Assembly (NCBI GenBank): GCA_964016885.1
Contig: OZ024742.1
Location: 156,922,001 to 156,986,000 of the forward strand
DNA: 64,000 nt
Direction of reading: 5' to 3'
Origin: Eledone cirrhosa
Taxonomy: Eukaryota
Of the stretch, positions 42,518-56,300 are shown piece after piece. The notes under the pieces are model-generated. The model was not told the origin of the DNA, searched no databases, and saw only the letters and a list, made by a program, of their open reading frames with translations. Position 1 is the stretch's first letter. Every line of letters begins with the position of its first letter. Both the position numbers and the translations under genes were made by a program.

Positions 42518-43425
42518 TGTTATACTTTGGGAGGGTCATGTTGCCAATAAGAAACACACGCACCAGTTGATTCACTTCAATTTATTATATATTTATAAAT
42601 TTATAAATTTATAAACTTCTGGTTGGTTGGTTGCTTCCACAACCAGATAGTTGTTTATATATAGTCATAGTTCTTTCGTCACACACTATGTGACCTCTTC
42701 AGTGACTGGGGATTCCTTTCTTTGTTTCTGTGCCTCTCCTTTGTTCTGTCCTACGCCATTTTGTTTCTGTGTGTGTGTTGTGTGCTCAGTCTGCGCATGC
42801 GCCACATCCAGGTGTCTGTGTGTGTTTATGTTCATTTATTTATTTGTTTATTTACATGTTACTGGTTGGTTGTTTGTTCTATGTGTGTGTGTGTTTTCAT
42901 TTTGTCCTTAATTGTAAGTTGTGATGTTGCTGTTCCACTCATATTTTCTATTTAATTTTGGTTGTAATTCTTTTATGTTTATTGCCTCTGTAATTTGTCT
43001 AAACATTGCGTCTTTTATGTGTGTAGATTCTATTTTTATTTCTATGTTCTCTAATTTACCCTTGTGTTATATCTTAGCATGTTGGTAGTGTACAGATGAT
43101 TCTTTATTATCTTGAAGGTCTCGCTAGTGTTCATTTATCCGTTCCCCTACACTACGAGCTGTCTCACCTATGTACACTATATTTTTGTCTCTACATTGCC
43201 CTTCAGTACATCTTATGCTATACACTACATTTCTAGTTTTACAGTTAATATGGGGGCTTATTTTACAGGTTATACATTTCTTATCTATACATGAGGGTCT
43301 TTGAAAAGGGTATGTCTTGCTAATAAGTGTTTTTACCGAGGTACCTGGTCTTTCTACTATCTTAATATTGAGTTCATGTTTATTTAGGGCCCTTCTAAAT
43401 TTGTAAGCTAATTCACCTCTAGAAA
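42518..43425 (-). mobile_element. 5'-truncated PLE with decayed GIY-YIG endonuclease and hammerhead
   Basis: Manual minus-strand translation ~43280-42930: CIDKKCITC..NCKTRNVVYSIRC..C..VYIGETARSVGERINEH*..RQITEAINIKELQPKLNRKYEW (2 stops, so absent from the ORF track). Confidence 0.85.
42663..42707 (-). ncRNA. Minimal hammerhead ribozyme
   Basis: Minus: AGTCA-CTGAAGA-g-GTCACA tagtg TGTGAC-GAAAG-aa-CTA-TGACT. Confidence 0.82.
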
Positions 43426-43552
43426 CGATATATATATACTGTGCTTAACACTAAATATTTATAAACATTTCACTACCAAACCAACTTCTTACATAAAAGT
43501 TGATCAATATTTATGGTACGTCAAAATTATTTATAAAACTGTTTATATATTG

Positions 43553-43618
43553 TATTTTATCTGAAGAAGGCATGCCATATTTTTAATATGGTATCCCCGA
43601 AATATGTATAATGAAATA
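43553..43618 (+). ncRNA. Hammerhead ribozyme in 5' pLTR
   Basis: TATTTTAT-CTGAAGA-..ATGCCATATT ttt AATATGGTAT..-GAAATA tg T-ATA-ATGAAATA: 8-bp stem I, 10-bp stem II core, AUA triplet. Confidence 0.75.
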
Positions 43619-43799
43619 AATATGGTTTTATAAATATAGTTTCCATTTGTTTAATATCGTATATCTACTCCAAAACTTGTTGAGTGCTTTATATCAGTTA
43701 TAAAATATTTACTTGTTGTAACCCAACAATTTTAAATAAAACGTTTGCATATATTTTTGCTCCAATACTGTTGAGCGCTTTATATTATAACTGAAAAAA

Positions 43800-46042
43800 A
43801 TGGAATTCTTTAAGATATCTTCTTCTCTAAAAGACATACCTCTACCTAAGAACAAAGACTTTATTAAACAATTAATAGAAAAATCAGACTCTTTTATGAG
43901 AAGAATCAGGTGGCGTGCCTTCCACTTTGATAAATCTAATCTAAATGAAAATGTTTCAGACTTAGATAAAGTTTTCAAATCTAAACAAAATCCACCCCCC
44001 AACAAACTTTTAATGGATTTTGAAAACGATATAATTTCTATCATACAAGGAGTCAAATTCAAGAGAAACTTCAAAGGCCAGGACTATCTAAGAAGTATTA
44101 AGGATATTATTGAAGGCTTGGAGAGAACAGAGAAGATCTTGGTGAAATCGGACAAAACCAACAACCTTTATGGAGTGCATAAAGACATGTATAATGGCCT
44201 TATACTGAAAGAACTAAGGAAAAAGTACAAGGTAGCAGATAAGGACGAACTGGAAAAAATGAATGTTGAGGCATCTTGTATAATGCATGAGTTGGACATT
44301 GAGAACAAAACACAACCCTTCTTGCCTAGGAAACCCAAGATCAATATGAAAGATCACAAAAGAAATTTTGAAAATGATTTGCTAGTCAGATTGATTGCAC
44401 CATCAAAATCTGACCTAGGTAAACTTAGCAAAAACATTCTAGACAGGGTGATACGGCAAATTAATAACTTACATAATTTACCTAACTTAAACTTATGGAA
44501 GGGGACTGGTGAGGTTATTGAGTGGTTTAAAGAAATTAAATATAACAATAATAATAAATTTATTCAACTAGATATTGCTAACTACTATTCATCTATTACC
44601 CCTAATCTACTGAATAAGGCACTAAATTACGCATTCAAACATACAGACCTAACTAGCAATGAAATGCACATTATATTATCGGCAAGGAAAACATTGATAG
44701 AATTTAATAACCAACTATGGACTAGGGCAGATAATAATTTCGACATTACTATTGGATCATCTGACTCAGCTCAGGTAACGGACCTTGTGGGCCTATTTAT
44801 AATTAATTCGCTGCATAGAAAAATACCTGGTGTAACCGGAGGATTATATCGTGATGACATGCTTTTACTTGTTGAAAATAATAACTCTGAACTAAATAGA
44901 AAAAGAAAACAAATTATACATTTTTTTAATTACCTTAATCTAAAAATAGAAATAGAGAATAACCATAGAATAGTCAATTTCCTAGATGTAACACTAAATC
45001 TCAACACATGTCTTCACTATCCATTTCACAAACTAAATGAAAACTTGAATTATGTCAATTTTAACTCAAATCACCCCAGATCTGTTAAAAATACTATAGT
45101 GATCTCTGTTCAAGAACGTATCTCAAGAATTTCATCTAATAAAAATATTTTCGACGAAAAAGCGCAGTATTACAATGAAGCGTTAACTAGAGCAGGATAT
45201 AGTGATACAATTAAGTACATCGATAATAATAGGCAAACTACCCAAAATAATAACAATTTTAATTACGGTAACAATAGAAAACATTACAATAATTACAGAA
45301 GCCAGAAAAGAAATAGAACTAGAAATATAATATGGTTTGCCCCCCCCCCCTTTCTCACTAAATATTAAAACCCACATTGCTAAACTATTTTTTAATGCTC
45401 TTGACAAACGCTTCCCTAGAACACATAAATATCACTCAAGTTTTAATAGACATACTATAAAATTAACTTACTCGTCCACCAAAAATTTAGCACAAAATAT
45501 TAACAGAATAAATAATAGGAATCTAAAACCTAGCCAAAATACCGATAATAGCCCAAACAATATTCAATTAAATAACTGTAACTGAAGAAATAAATCTAAA
45601 TGTCCGTTAAATAACAATTGCTTAGTTAAAAATATAATATACAATTGTAATGTTAAAACTAACTTAAAATACAATATACAATTGTAATGTTAAAACTAAC
45701 TTAAATTCTTTTAACTATGTTGGTTCCAACTCGACAGAATTTAAACTTCGCTACAAAAATCATAAGAATTCTTTCACAGATCCAAACAAGAAATCTTCAA
45801 CTTCACTATCAGGCTTACTCTGGCGACTTAAACATGATAACGTTGGGTATTCGATTTTTTGGAATATTGTCTCAAGAGGGATTCCTTTTAATTCCTCATC
45901 TGAGACATGTGACCTCTGTGTGGAGGAGATATTCTTTATATTAAAATCTAAAAATTCCCTTAATTTAAGGAGCAATTTATTCAGTTGCTGCAGACATAGA
46001 TTGAACTCAACGTTTAAATATAAATATGAATTTAAAATGTAG
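43800..46042 (+). pseudogene. PLE polyprotein: reverse transcriptase + Cys finger + GIY-YIG endonuclease
   Basis: KSDKTNNLY, DIANYYSSI, GLYRDD, NFLDV; frameshift in the C-run ~45340-45350; CN(TGA)RNKSKCPLNNNC; 37-bp tandem duplication ~45636-45705; IIY..YVG..FKLRYKNH..CDLC..CRH; TAG at 46040-46042. Confidence 0.9.
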
Positions 46043-46600
46043 TATAATTAGTTAAGATATTTAATTAATGTATGAAACCTGACGATAAATTTTTCGATTC
46101 CTTCAACTTTTTCTTTTAAATCTTCTTCATAAATATATACTAATGATGTAATTAAACTACCCTAAAATGTAGATGCTCCCAATCTATTGAATAAATTTTA
46201 CGCTAGATAAACTTCTATACTAAATATAAGAGCATCGGTAGAACAACAGGGTCTCCTAAATCTTTTAAATCTGCTAAATAAGTTTTGTTGAATAATTTTT
46301 GGTTTTTTGTTTGCTTTTTGATTCTGATTGCTTCTAATGAACTTGGCAATATATTGTCAGATAAATTGGAAGGGTAGATTTCTGTGGTTGATATGGGGTG
46401 CATACTGTGTTTTTTACGGCCCGAGATACTCTAGGGAGTGATGAAAATATTTTTAACGTTTTGATATCTCTGTGCTGATATATTAATATCTGGTTGTTTC
46501 TGTACAAAGGCCATATGTATTAATATGAATATGGAATGATTACAGAGTATATTTTATTTTATCTGTTTATTTTATCTGTCCATGTACATATATGCGTGCA

Positions 46601-46640
<40 letters not shown>

Positions 46641-47672
46641 GGTATAGTTCTGGATATGTTACAGATATGCATAATATTCTATACATGAACGATAATCATG
46701 TATGTGAGGGCAGGAGTATTAATATATATTTTTTATGTATATATATATATATAGTAACATCTTTTATAACACAAGGGAAAACATTTTTTCTGTGAAACAA
46801 GAAATTACTGAGTTGATCACGTAAGATCATGGGTATGTCTATAGTATCAACTAGAACTTGAGATGACCTTCTCTTTTTCTCTTTCTTTCCTTTTCCGGAA
46901 AGTACATATATACTTATATATTTCCGTATTTTTTGAAGTTTTATCTCAGTGTTTGGTACATCGACCTCAGAATTTTAAACTAAACATATGGTCATTATTT
47001 TTCACACATTATATATCTGTCTCATTCATGAATATTGATATTTACATTATAATACCCAATTCATATGAATTGATAATTCAAATTGATAGGACATAACGTA
47101 AAGATGTAAATCTATCATCCCTCTCTCTAGATATATCTCTTTCTTCTCCTCCCTCTTTATAATTGATGAAGCCTAAGTATCGGTTATTTTAACTTTGCCT
47201 CTCGAGTTTCTCTCTTGTCTTGTCTCTTACTGCTCTCCTATTTCTCTCACCTCCCCATATATAATAATTATTATTATTTGGTCTACCTCTTTTTCCCCCA
47301 CCTCTATCTTTCTCTCTCTCTCTGTTTTCTCTTCATTTTTTTATTTCTCTCCGTCTCCTTAACACTATAACTAAATAACTACAGTACTCCCTCCCTCCTA
47401 AATCTCTCAATTTGTGTGATGAATTATTATTATTCATCTGTTGCCTCAGCTGCCTCTCTTTTTTCACCTCCTCACTATTTCTCTCTCCCCTATCTCTCTC
47501 TATTTCTCTCTGTTTTTCTTTACATAAATTTCTTCTTTTTCTCCGTCTTTCTTTTTAACTGTGCTTAACACTAAATATTTATAAACATTTCACTACCAAA
47601 CCAACTTATTACATAAAAGTTGATCAATATTTATGGTACGTCAAAATTATTTATAAAACTGTTTATATATTG

Positions 47673-47738
47673 TATTTTATCTGAAGAAGGCATGCCATAT
47701 TTTTAATATGGTATCCCCGAAATATGTATAATGAAATA
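47673..47738 (+). ncRNA. Hammerhead ribozyme in 3' pLTR
   Basis: Same sequence as 43553-43618. Confidence 0.75.
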
Positions 47739-47778
47739 AATATGGTTTTATAAATATAGTTTCCATTTGTTTAATATC

Positions 47779-47835
<57 letters not shown>

Positions 47836-48049
47836 TTCTTAAAAGATAGATATGACATATTTAACGACCCGGGGATTATATATATGTATATATACCATAA
47901 ATGAGAACATATGGGTGTATATGTGTACATGTGTATTCGCTCAAACGGTGCATACATATATATAGAGAGAACCAATGGCATGGGAGATCTGGTTGGGAAT
48001 ACAACGCGCATCCCTAAAAGTGAAACTACGCAACAACTTTTTAATATAA

Positions 48050-49040
48050 TTAATCCTAGAGGAGATGTAAACCTAAATGAAAATAACACCGGGTAGCGTT
48101 TAATAAACGGGGACCTGAAATCGCCGATCATGAAAATCGAGGATGCCAGAGTAGTAGACAGGGAAGGACTGTGCAAACCCTTTGCACGCTCAGGGGGGAA
48201 CGTGGACCATAAGGGCCGCCTCCCACGTTGCGAACTAGGGTCCTCCACTTCGGGATGCTCCAAAAGGCATAGACAATCGGACAGGCACCGGCGACCGGAG
48301 GGCACGACCATTCCATGTGCCCTTGGCAGTTGCGTAACGCATGCCCGGACAGAGCAGGTAATGAGACCAGGGCTAACATGAAAAAGCGACCCGGTTGTCG
48401 CAATGTCGTATGTTATAACCCTTCTTTCTGCGCCAGATTATGCAGCAACCTCGCAGCCATTTTCTTCAGGGACTTGGATAAGCATTTCCCGAGACAGCAA
48501 GGTAGTGCGCCATTTTCTACCGGATGGGGGAGGGGGGGCTTGGCAACCGTGATGAAGCATATAATACCATGGACCGGGAATGACAATAGAATCATACAGC
48601 ATAATACGCTAAGCAGACAGTAACATCTCCCCGGATTGTAATTGTAGAAGCCCCAGCAATTACCTCCTGGGAGACAAATGCCTTAGCAGTAACTTAGTTT
48701 ATGAATGTAGGGTAAGTACCAATAGCCAAACCTTCACCGATATCTATGCGACGATTAATAAATTTAAGGAACGCTGGTACAACCACTGCCACACTTTTAT
48801 ATAGTGGATATGAAAAACGGCAACGCCCTCTCCGAACAGGTGTGTGACTCAAGAATGACAACATTGGATACACCCTGTCATGGTCCAAGGACACCGCAGC
48901 CCAACCCTAAATGGGAGGAGGGCAGGACACGTGCAATCTCTGTGTCACCGAAATTATAGAGATAATCAAGAGGGGAGTACATGTTATCACTAAAAGAAGT
49001 AACCTGTTCAGCACCTGTCACCACCAAATATCAACCAGAA
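48050..49040 (+). pseudogene. Old decayed Naiad-type PLE remnant (RT thumb to GIY-YIG)
   Basis: RNVVCYNPSFC..IFFRDLDKHFPR parallels RNIIWFAPP..LFFNALDKRFPR; CNCRSPSN..C..LVYEC at 48637; CNLC ~48930; TCHH ~49015. Confidence 0.75.
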
Positions 49041-51203
49041 CCTTCCTCAGACTGTAAATTAGCAAAGTAGTTGTACTGGCTATGGTCGAGTACAATGTTT
49101 GACCAAGGGAGCCAGGCGGGCTGCACAACGACATTGACTGAGGACGAATCCTTTATAGTCTGCGTGCGTGTCACATTACACTGGTCCAAATACTTTGCCT
49201 TTTTTTAGGAGGTCCATCATCTTTACGCTAGTCTGAACACCCTAGCAATAATATCATGCGATCCTTGGGTTCTTGATGATAATACATTTCACTCTTTACT
49301 TCATATGCCTGACATATGTAAGTTCATCTTAGGTACGATTGTGCATATACCGTGGATTACAAGTGACGCCTGATGGAAGAATGACACAAAGAATGAAGAA
49401 TGAAACATAAATTCACGTTAGTTTGTTTTGGAATTACAAAGTAATTGTTATGAAAGAGATTGAGAGAGAGGGGAGAAAGAGAGAGTCAGTGAGTGAGAGA
49501 GAAGAATGAAAAACGTAACTCTTTTTCTACCATCACACATACCTACACTCACACAAATACACACATACATTCACACAAACACACACACATACACTCACAC
49601 ACATACACACACATACTCACAGAAATTTGAAACGGTATTTGATTATATTTTCGGCTCTCTTTCTATTTCTTCTACTCTCACTTTTTATCTCTCTCACTCT
49701 CTCTCTCCCACTCTCTCTCGCTCGTTCTCATTCTGTGTTTCTCTCTCTCACACACTTATTATTTCTCACCTTCTATAACTTTTCTTCTCTTTTAGTCTGT
49801 ATTTCTGCCTTCCCCCCTTTTAAACACATATTCTTATATATACAAACATATTGAATTCGAATCATTTACATTTACATTCGAATCATTTTAGACACCTGTA
49901 TTTACATTTAAATTTATATCGTTATTAAATATATTTGAGTGTATAAATATATACCCACAAACATCCACAAATTCACACAAATACACACGAATACACACAT
50001 AGACATACGCTCACACAAATACACAAATATACATTCATACAAACACACACATACATCCACACACACACTCACGCAGAGCGTGGAAAAGGTTGGAAGTATG
50101 TTGGCTGTTTTTCTGTAGTTTTTTTCACCAACACATTTCCTCCCTTTTACATACACGTGCACTCACAGACATACACACATATACTGACACAGAGTTGAAA
50201 GGGTGTTTGATCTTTTTCGCCGTAGAATTTTCACTCTCGCACTTCCAAGTGGACTGACATTCGACTTTTATTTATATAGATTATCGCGTTCTCTAATTGC
50301 TTTGTTCATTTGTTCATATGTAAACTGGACGATTGCGGCGTTCCTTCTGTATTTTAGGTTAATATTATGATGTCCCACTAAGGAATATTTTCCAAAAAGT
50401 GTGAGTGTATGTTTGCGTGTGCGTGCGTATATTTCTATTATAAACATGTAATCCCCTGTTATAGGATAGTCTCCCTTTATCTACATACAGGTGTTTATAT
50501 TCCCTTTTGATGCACGATGCTATATGAATTATGAGTATAGCATTCAGCCAATACAATTTATGGAAATAAATAGTCAGCTATAATACAGATGTACAAATAG
50601 ATATAAATAGACCTCACCGTTTTAGCATTGCTAAAAATGTAATGTAATTTATCTAATCAAAACTTATCTAACGTCAGGATAATATTTGTTGCAATTTATC
50701 CAGTGAAATGATTATCAATTACATTTATCTTCTTTCTTTTCGGCAAAGCTGGTCAAAGGAAAATGACTATATAATAACCCCGTGTGATGACAGATATTGC
50801 CAGTTGAATAAAAAAGCACAAAGACATCAAAGAGGAAGTGAATGGAAGAGATGCGTCCTGTTTAATCATGTTAAATTGTGTGTATCAACGAACCAGCAAA
50901 TTATTGCAGGATAGCGTAACATGTCGGCTGCATTTCGTTGATTGATCACGTGCAATAGTTAAATACTCTTAAATACATGGCCATCCACATTTGCCAAGGT
51001 GACTTCATGCTAGGAACTCATACAATTCAAATGGTCATGTCAGTGTGATAAATGTTTTTTTCTTCCTCTTTTTATGAAGCACAATATATATATACTAGAA
51101 AAAAAATAAGCAAACACTTTCAAAATATAAATCGATTCACTTATATTCTCTCTCTCTCTCTCTCTCTTTCTCCAATCTCTCTTTCTTCCTATCGTTTTAT
51201 AAA

Positions 51204-51256
<53 letters not shown>

Positions 51257-51559
51257 GGTGGAGGCGTATGTTTGTGAATGTGTGTGTGCAGTACTTTTTT
51301 TATGTAAAGACTGATTTAATGGTTAATAATATTTCTAAAAGAAAGAATTTTCTCATTATCACCCCTTTTATATTTCTAATTACCTGGTTGTATTACTTTG
51401 CTAAAAGGTTTCATAGGTGGCTTTCTAGATGCAGTCTTCTTTTATAGGATAGGTTTAATTTTGGCACAAGCGTTATATGATCAAAGACAAGTTAACAATG
51501 CTGATCCCATGATCCCATCCACGTGCATTATCTAAAAACCAAGCGTACAAAATCAGGTG

Positions 51560-53015
51560 AAAAAAGCAGAGGCAATGTGTCACATTTCAAAAAAATTAAG
51601 ACCAAACTATTCACCATCCCAGCATGAAAGAGAAAACCAGGAAGGAATATTACCGGAGAGTTCGTGCCCTTTTGAAAACTGAGCTCTATCCAAAGAATAA
51701 AACATATGCTATAAATGGTCTTGCAATTCCTGTTACCACATATAGTTCCAACACAATCCATTAGAAAACTAATAAAATAAAAGAAATGAACATCAAAATC
51801 AGGATCCTTGCGCCCTGCAAGAAAGTACATCCCCAAACACATATGTGGATCACCACTATCTTCTTGGGAAACCCATCATGCTCGCTCAAGCAAAACAAAA
51901 ACAGATGCGCTTGAACAATACCTTAACTCTATAAATGACTGGATGCTGAAAATATTTGAAATTTGAAATAAAAGGAAATTTATTAGCATTCAATTAGGAA
52001 AGAAATTAGAAATGTTGTGGAAGAATTGGGAATAAACTTTGAAAACGATGGTGATTCTTGAATTCAATCTTCAAAGAACATCAAAGTGCTGGCGTAAAAG
52101 GAAGGTCAACGGAAACTCTACACTACATGAGAGAAAAACCTATTGTATGTTCAGTATGTTATCGGTACCAAAGTACATGATGTATTTCAAATATTTACCT
52201 ATCAATGGCTGAGGAGATCTTCGCGAAAAAGAAAGAGTGCGGAATTTGTGTACGTGCCACAAGACCAATGTATTTCAACGCGCAACATTCAAACCAATGT
52301 GATCAGAAACTGAACTCCCCTCAATTGTCGATTTTGCGATGAGCAAATTGAGATCATTGTCTGCCTCACTTCAGGCTGCACTGAATTTGCTTCCCAGCAA
52401 TATAAAACTATGCATGATAGAGTAGAGCAATACCTACAGTGGCTAACATGCACAGTTATGCTATAAAAAGGGGAAATGGTACAATCATGACTTAAATGCA
52501 CTAACAAGATTCGTGAATGTGACAATCCTATGGGATTTACAAGTGTACACCGACGGGAAGGTCAATGCCATCATACCTGATATAATAGGTTAGAAACGTA
52601 AGCAGTAAAAAAAAAAAACACTTCTTAATTGGCATTAGATCGTAGCAGCACATGGAAAGCATTCCAAAAGCTCCGTAAATATAAATATATGACAATGGAA
52701 ATTGGGAAAGTGTGGCATGTTAAAGCCTGTACAATACTAATGATAGTCGGTGCACTTGAAAAGATAACAAACAAAAGAAAAATATTTGGACTCATTACTT
52801 GGAAAACTGCAAGAGATAGGGAAAAAACTAGCAATGTTGTCGATGTTGTTGGAAGTGTATTATAAATTTATATAAGATTTACTGATTTGTCCCTGCCCTC
52901 ATAGCATAATTTGTAGGCCATTGTTTTTTGAAAATGTGTATTATAAAATTCTCTCTCGGGTGCCAGGTTGACACTTGGCAAATATAGGAAAGAAGCATAA
53001 TTCTAAGTAATTTCT
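51560..53015 (+). pseudogene. Heavily decayed Dong/R4 element, family C
   Basis: Manual translation ~51643: EYYRRVRALLKTELYPKNKTYAINGLAIPVTTYS; ORF 52629-52865 KLRKYKYMTMEIGKVW..IVGAL; ends at (AAT)n. Confidence 0.8.
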
Positions 53016-53028
53016 CCATAATAACAAC

Positions 53029-53061
<33 letters not shown>

Positions 53062-53069
53062 TAGGGAAG

Positions 53070-53115
<46 letters not shown>

Positions 53116-53376
53116 TTTCTTTATTAACCACAAGGGTTTACATAAAGTAGACATTAAGGACAGTGCAGGACAATGCAGGACGGTACAAATGGGCATTTCT
53201 GCGTGTAAAAAAACAAAAAACAGAGGATGTAACAAAAATAACAATGAAAATAACAATGAAAAATTCCCCAATAGGGGGGAGACTTCGGAGGGACATTTGT
53301 GGAGAAAGCCCAGTAAAAAGCCACAATGACCCTGACCACCAAGGCAAGTGCCCTCTCCCAGTTTTCCACCTTTAGT

Positions 53377-56300
53377 TTACAGATATATACTCAGAGTCGG
53401 CCCATTCACTCGGGCCATTCTTGCTTCTCTCACCCATCTTTCAACAAAATGCTGGGAAGAGAGCACTTCCTTCTCTACTCTGATTTTCCTTTTCAAATGA
53501 AATTTGAAAAAGTCAATCAGAGCATCACCGAAGAGGTAAGTGCTCGTCTTCAGCCCTTTCAAACGTGTCCACCATACTATCTCTTTCGCCATGGCCACCA
53601 GACAGATAAAAACTGCCTGCCCTTCCCGGCTAAAGGAGGAGGGCGGGGCAATCCCCACGATAGACTCAGATGATAGCTGGATCCGTCCTAAACGCGACAG
53701 CAGGTGTTCGACATAAACCCACAAGTCAGCAATTTTCGGACACTGGACGAGTGCGTGCAGGACGGTTTCGTCGCCCTGCGCGCATCTCAGACATGCCCGG
53801 CTGACGGCACCTCCATGCCTGTAGAGTTTATCCCGAACTGGCAAGGCTCCTCGGTAGCACTGCCAGGCCAGAGATTTCTGGAAGTTGTCCATAGGCCCTG
53901 GCCCGAAAGTTCTTCCGAAGAGATTGGCTAGTTGATTTTCGTCGACGCCTAGAGTTTCCCCAAGTACGTCGTCGCTCTTCCCCTCCACTAATCCTCTATA
54001 GAACGCCGAGGTGGAGTTTCCACCGATCACATTGCCCGATTGGTCGAGGGCTGTGAGCGCCTGAAGACATTCCAGTCTCCAGGCGCTCCCTCTCGGTCTT
54101 CGCTTGACCCAGGACTGCAGCTCCGTCAAGGAAACGAGCTGGGGAAAAACGCGTCTAGCAAACGGCGACCACACCTGATCACCGTCGAGGAAGAGGTGGA
54201 GATGTCGTAGCCTGAGCGCGTGCCTGCGCATCATCAGCCACGGCATGCCCAGCCCTCCACGTAGCGGGTGTTGACAACAGATGGACCGCCTGACCATCGG
54301 AGCACGTCCCTTCCACAAAAAGCGAAAGAGCAAACGCTCCAGCGCAGTCAGGCGAGGCTTAGGAAAAGGTACGACGGTTAGGCGGTAGCAGATGACAGAC
54401 GCGATGTACGCGTTAGCCACCTCCGCTCGACCTTTCAGGGATAGCTTCCACTCCGCCCATTTCTGGGTGAGAGAAGCCACCCTGCTCGTCACCTCGTCCC
54501 AGTTTTTGTCCGTCTGGAGGTCCGGACCGAACCAGACCCCTAGCAATTTAGCCGGTCCGTCCGTCCAGCGCCCGACGACGCTGTTGGACGGCATGGACCT
54601 GCCTCTCCAGGTGCCGAGCTGCAGGCCCACTGACTTTTCCTGGTTGATCATTGCTCCTGTCACCGCTTCGTATTCTCTTAGTGTAGTGCCGATCGCCTCG
54701 ATGTGTTTGGCGTTCGACACCACTACGGTGACATCGTCCGCATATGCTGACACGGATCTTCCGCATCCTAGTTCGCGCGGGACTCCCCTCAACGTCTCCA
54801 GTTTGTGCAGTAATGGCTCGAGAGTCAATACGTACAAGAGGGACGAGAGGGGACATCCTTGGCGGACCGAGCGCATGATGTTGAACGGTTCCGACAGGTG
54901 ACCGTTCACTCTCACCACAGAGCAGATGTCGCTGTGCATGGCAGCGATCCAGCCTCTGAAGACGGGCCCAAAGCCAGCCGCCCTCAGGACTGCCGCTAGG
55001 TAACGATGGTCGACCCTATCGAAAGCTTTCGACTGATCTAAATTGATCAAGGACCCACCCGTGCCAGGTTCCCTAGCTACCCTATCTACGATGTATCGCA
55101 TGAGGTGGATGTTGTCGTGGATGGATCTGTCGGGAATGGCGCATGTCTGCGCCTCTCCCACCAGACCACCAACGACAAGCGCCAACCTCTTTGCTAGCAC
55201 CTTGGCCAAAATCTTAAACTCTGTGTTTAGCAGAGTTATGGGCCGGAAATTGTCTATGTTATCCCCCTTGTTCGGATCCTTTCTCAGCAGTGCCACCGCT
55301 CCTCGGCTCACAGAACTGGGAATTCTCCCGTTCTGTTACCAGTTGCAGTAGACGTCCGCCAAGAGGCCTCCGAACAAGTCTGGCATCTGTACGTAAAGTT
55401 CATAGGGCAGACCATCCAAACCAGGCGATTTACCCCTTGTGCAGCCAGTCATTGCCTCCCGTACTTCAGCGGCTGTTATCGGCTTTTCGCAACACTTCGC
55501 CTCAGTGGCCGAGAGCCGCGGCAGTCCGTCGAGGTAGACACTAAAGTCCATCCCTCTACCCGGCCCCCCGCTGCCCCCGAACAGCTGAGCGAAGTGTCGC
55601 TGAAAAGCTTCACACATTTGCCCGAGATCGAGTAGCATGCGCCCGTCGTGGTCCACCAAAGACCGGATCGTGGCTTTGTTGCCACGACGCGCCTCCGCCA
55701 CTCGGGCCCATGGAACGGCTTTCGTCCCCTCGTGTCTGAGAGCACGCACCCTAGCTCTGACAACGCAGCCTTCGTGCTTTGCATTGAAGAATTGGTCAAG
55801 GGCCAATTTCGCCGCAAGCACGTCGGTCGCAATGCCTTTGCTAAGCGCCTCGTCTAATTTTCTAACTAGTTCTCCCTCTGCTCTATTTTTCTCTATTGCT
55901 AAAGCCTTACTAAACCTAATCGATTCTATTCTAATCGCTCTTTTCAGAGCAAACCACCACTTGTTGTTGACGATGGCCCCCGTCAACGCCCGCTTAACTA
56001 GTTCGCTAATCCGGTCTCTGTAGGCCTTGCGCGCTGGTAAGGACGCGTTTAGCTTCCAGTAGCCGGGTCCTCGTCTATGAAGCCTATCTAAGTCAAGCAC
56101 ACAGATCACGAATTTGTGGTCCGTGTAGCTGACTATCTTGAATTGTGGACAGCCTATGCTAGACCTATCTATTTCCCTACAAAATACTCTATCTAGATAT
56201 GATCTGGATGACCCTATGCGGTTTGTCCAAGTCCACATTGGCACATTCGGGAAATCCAATCGGTACCTGTCAGACAGTTCAAAACGCCTGAGCAGGTTGG

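Larger units (their letters stand above)
43438..47784 (+). mobile_element. Near-complete Penelope-like element (Naiad-type) with 227-bp direct pLTRs, inserted in (TA)n
   Basis: Direct repeats 43438-43664 and 47558-47784 with 1 mismatch seen; RT + GIY-YIG ORF between them; TA tracts on both sides. Confidence 0.92.

Noticed and set aside
46043-47200. Specific SECIS candidates at ATGA sites (~46072, ~46143, ~46441, ~47028)
   Set aside because: None gave a convincing AUGA..AA..GA helix by eye; needs SECISearch3.
49360-49420. Hammerhead-like CTGATGG..GAAAC after the old PLE remnant
   Set aside because: Core mutated and no supporting stems.
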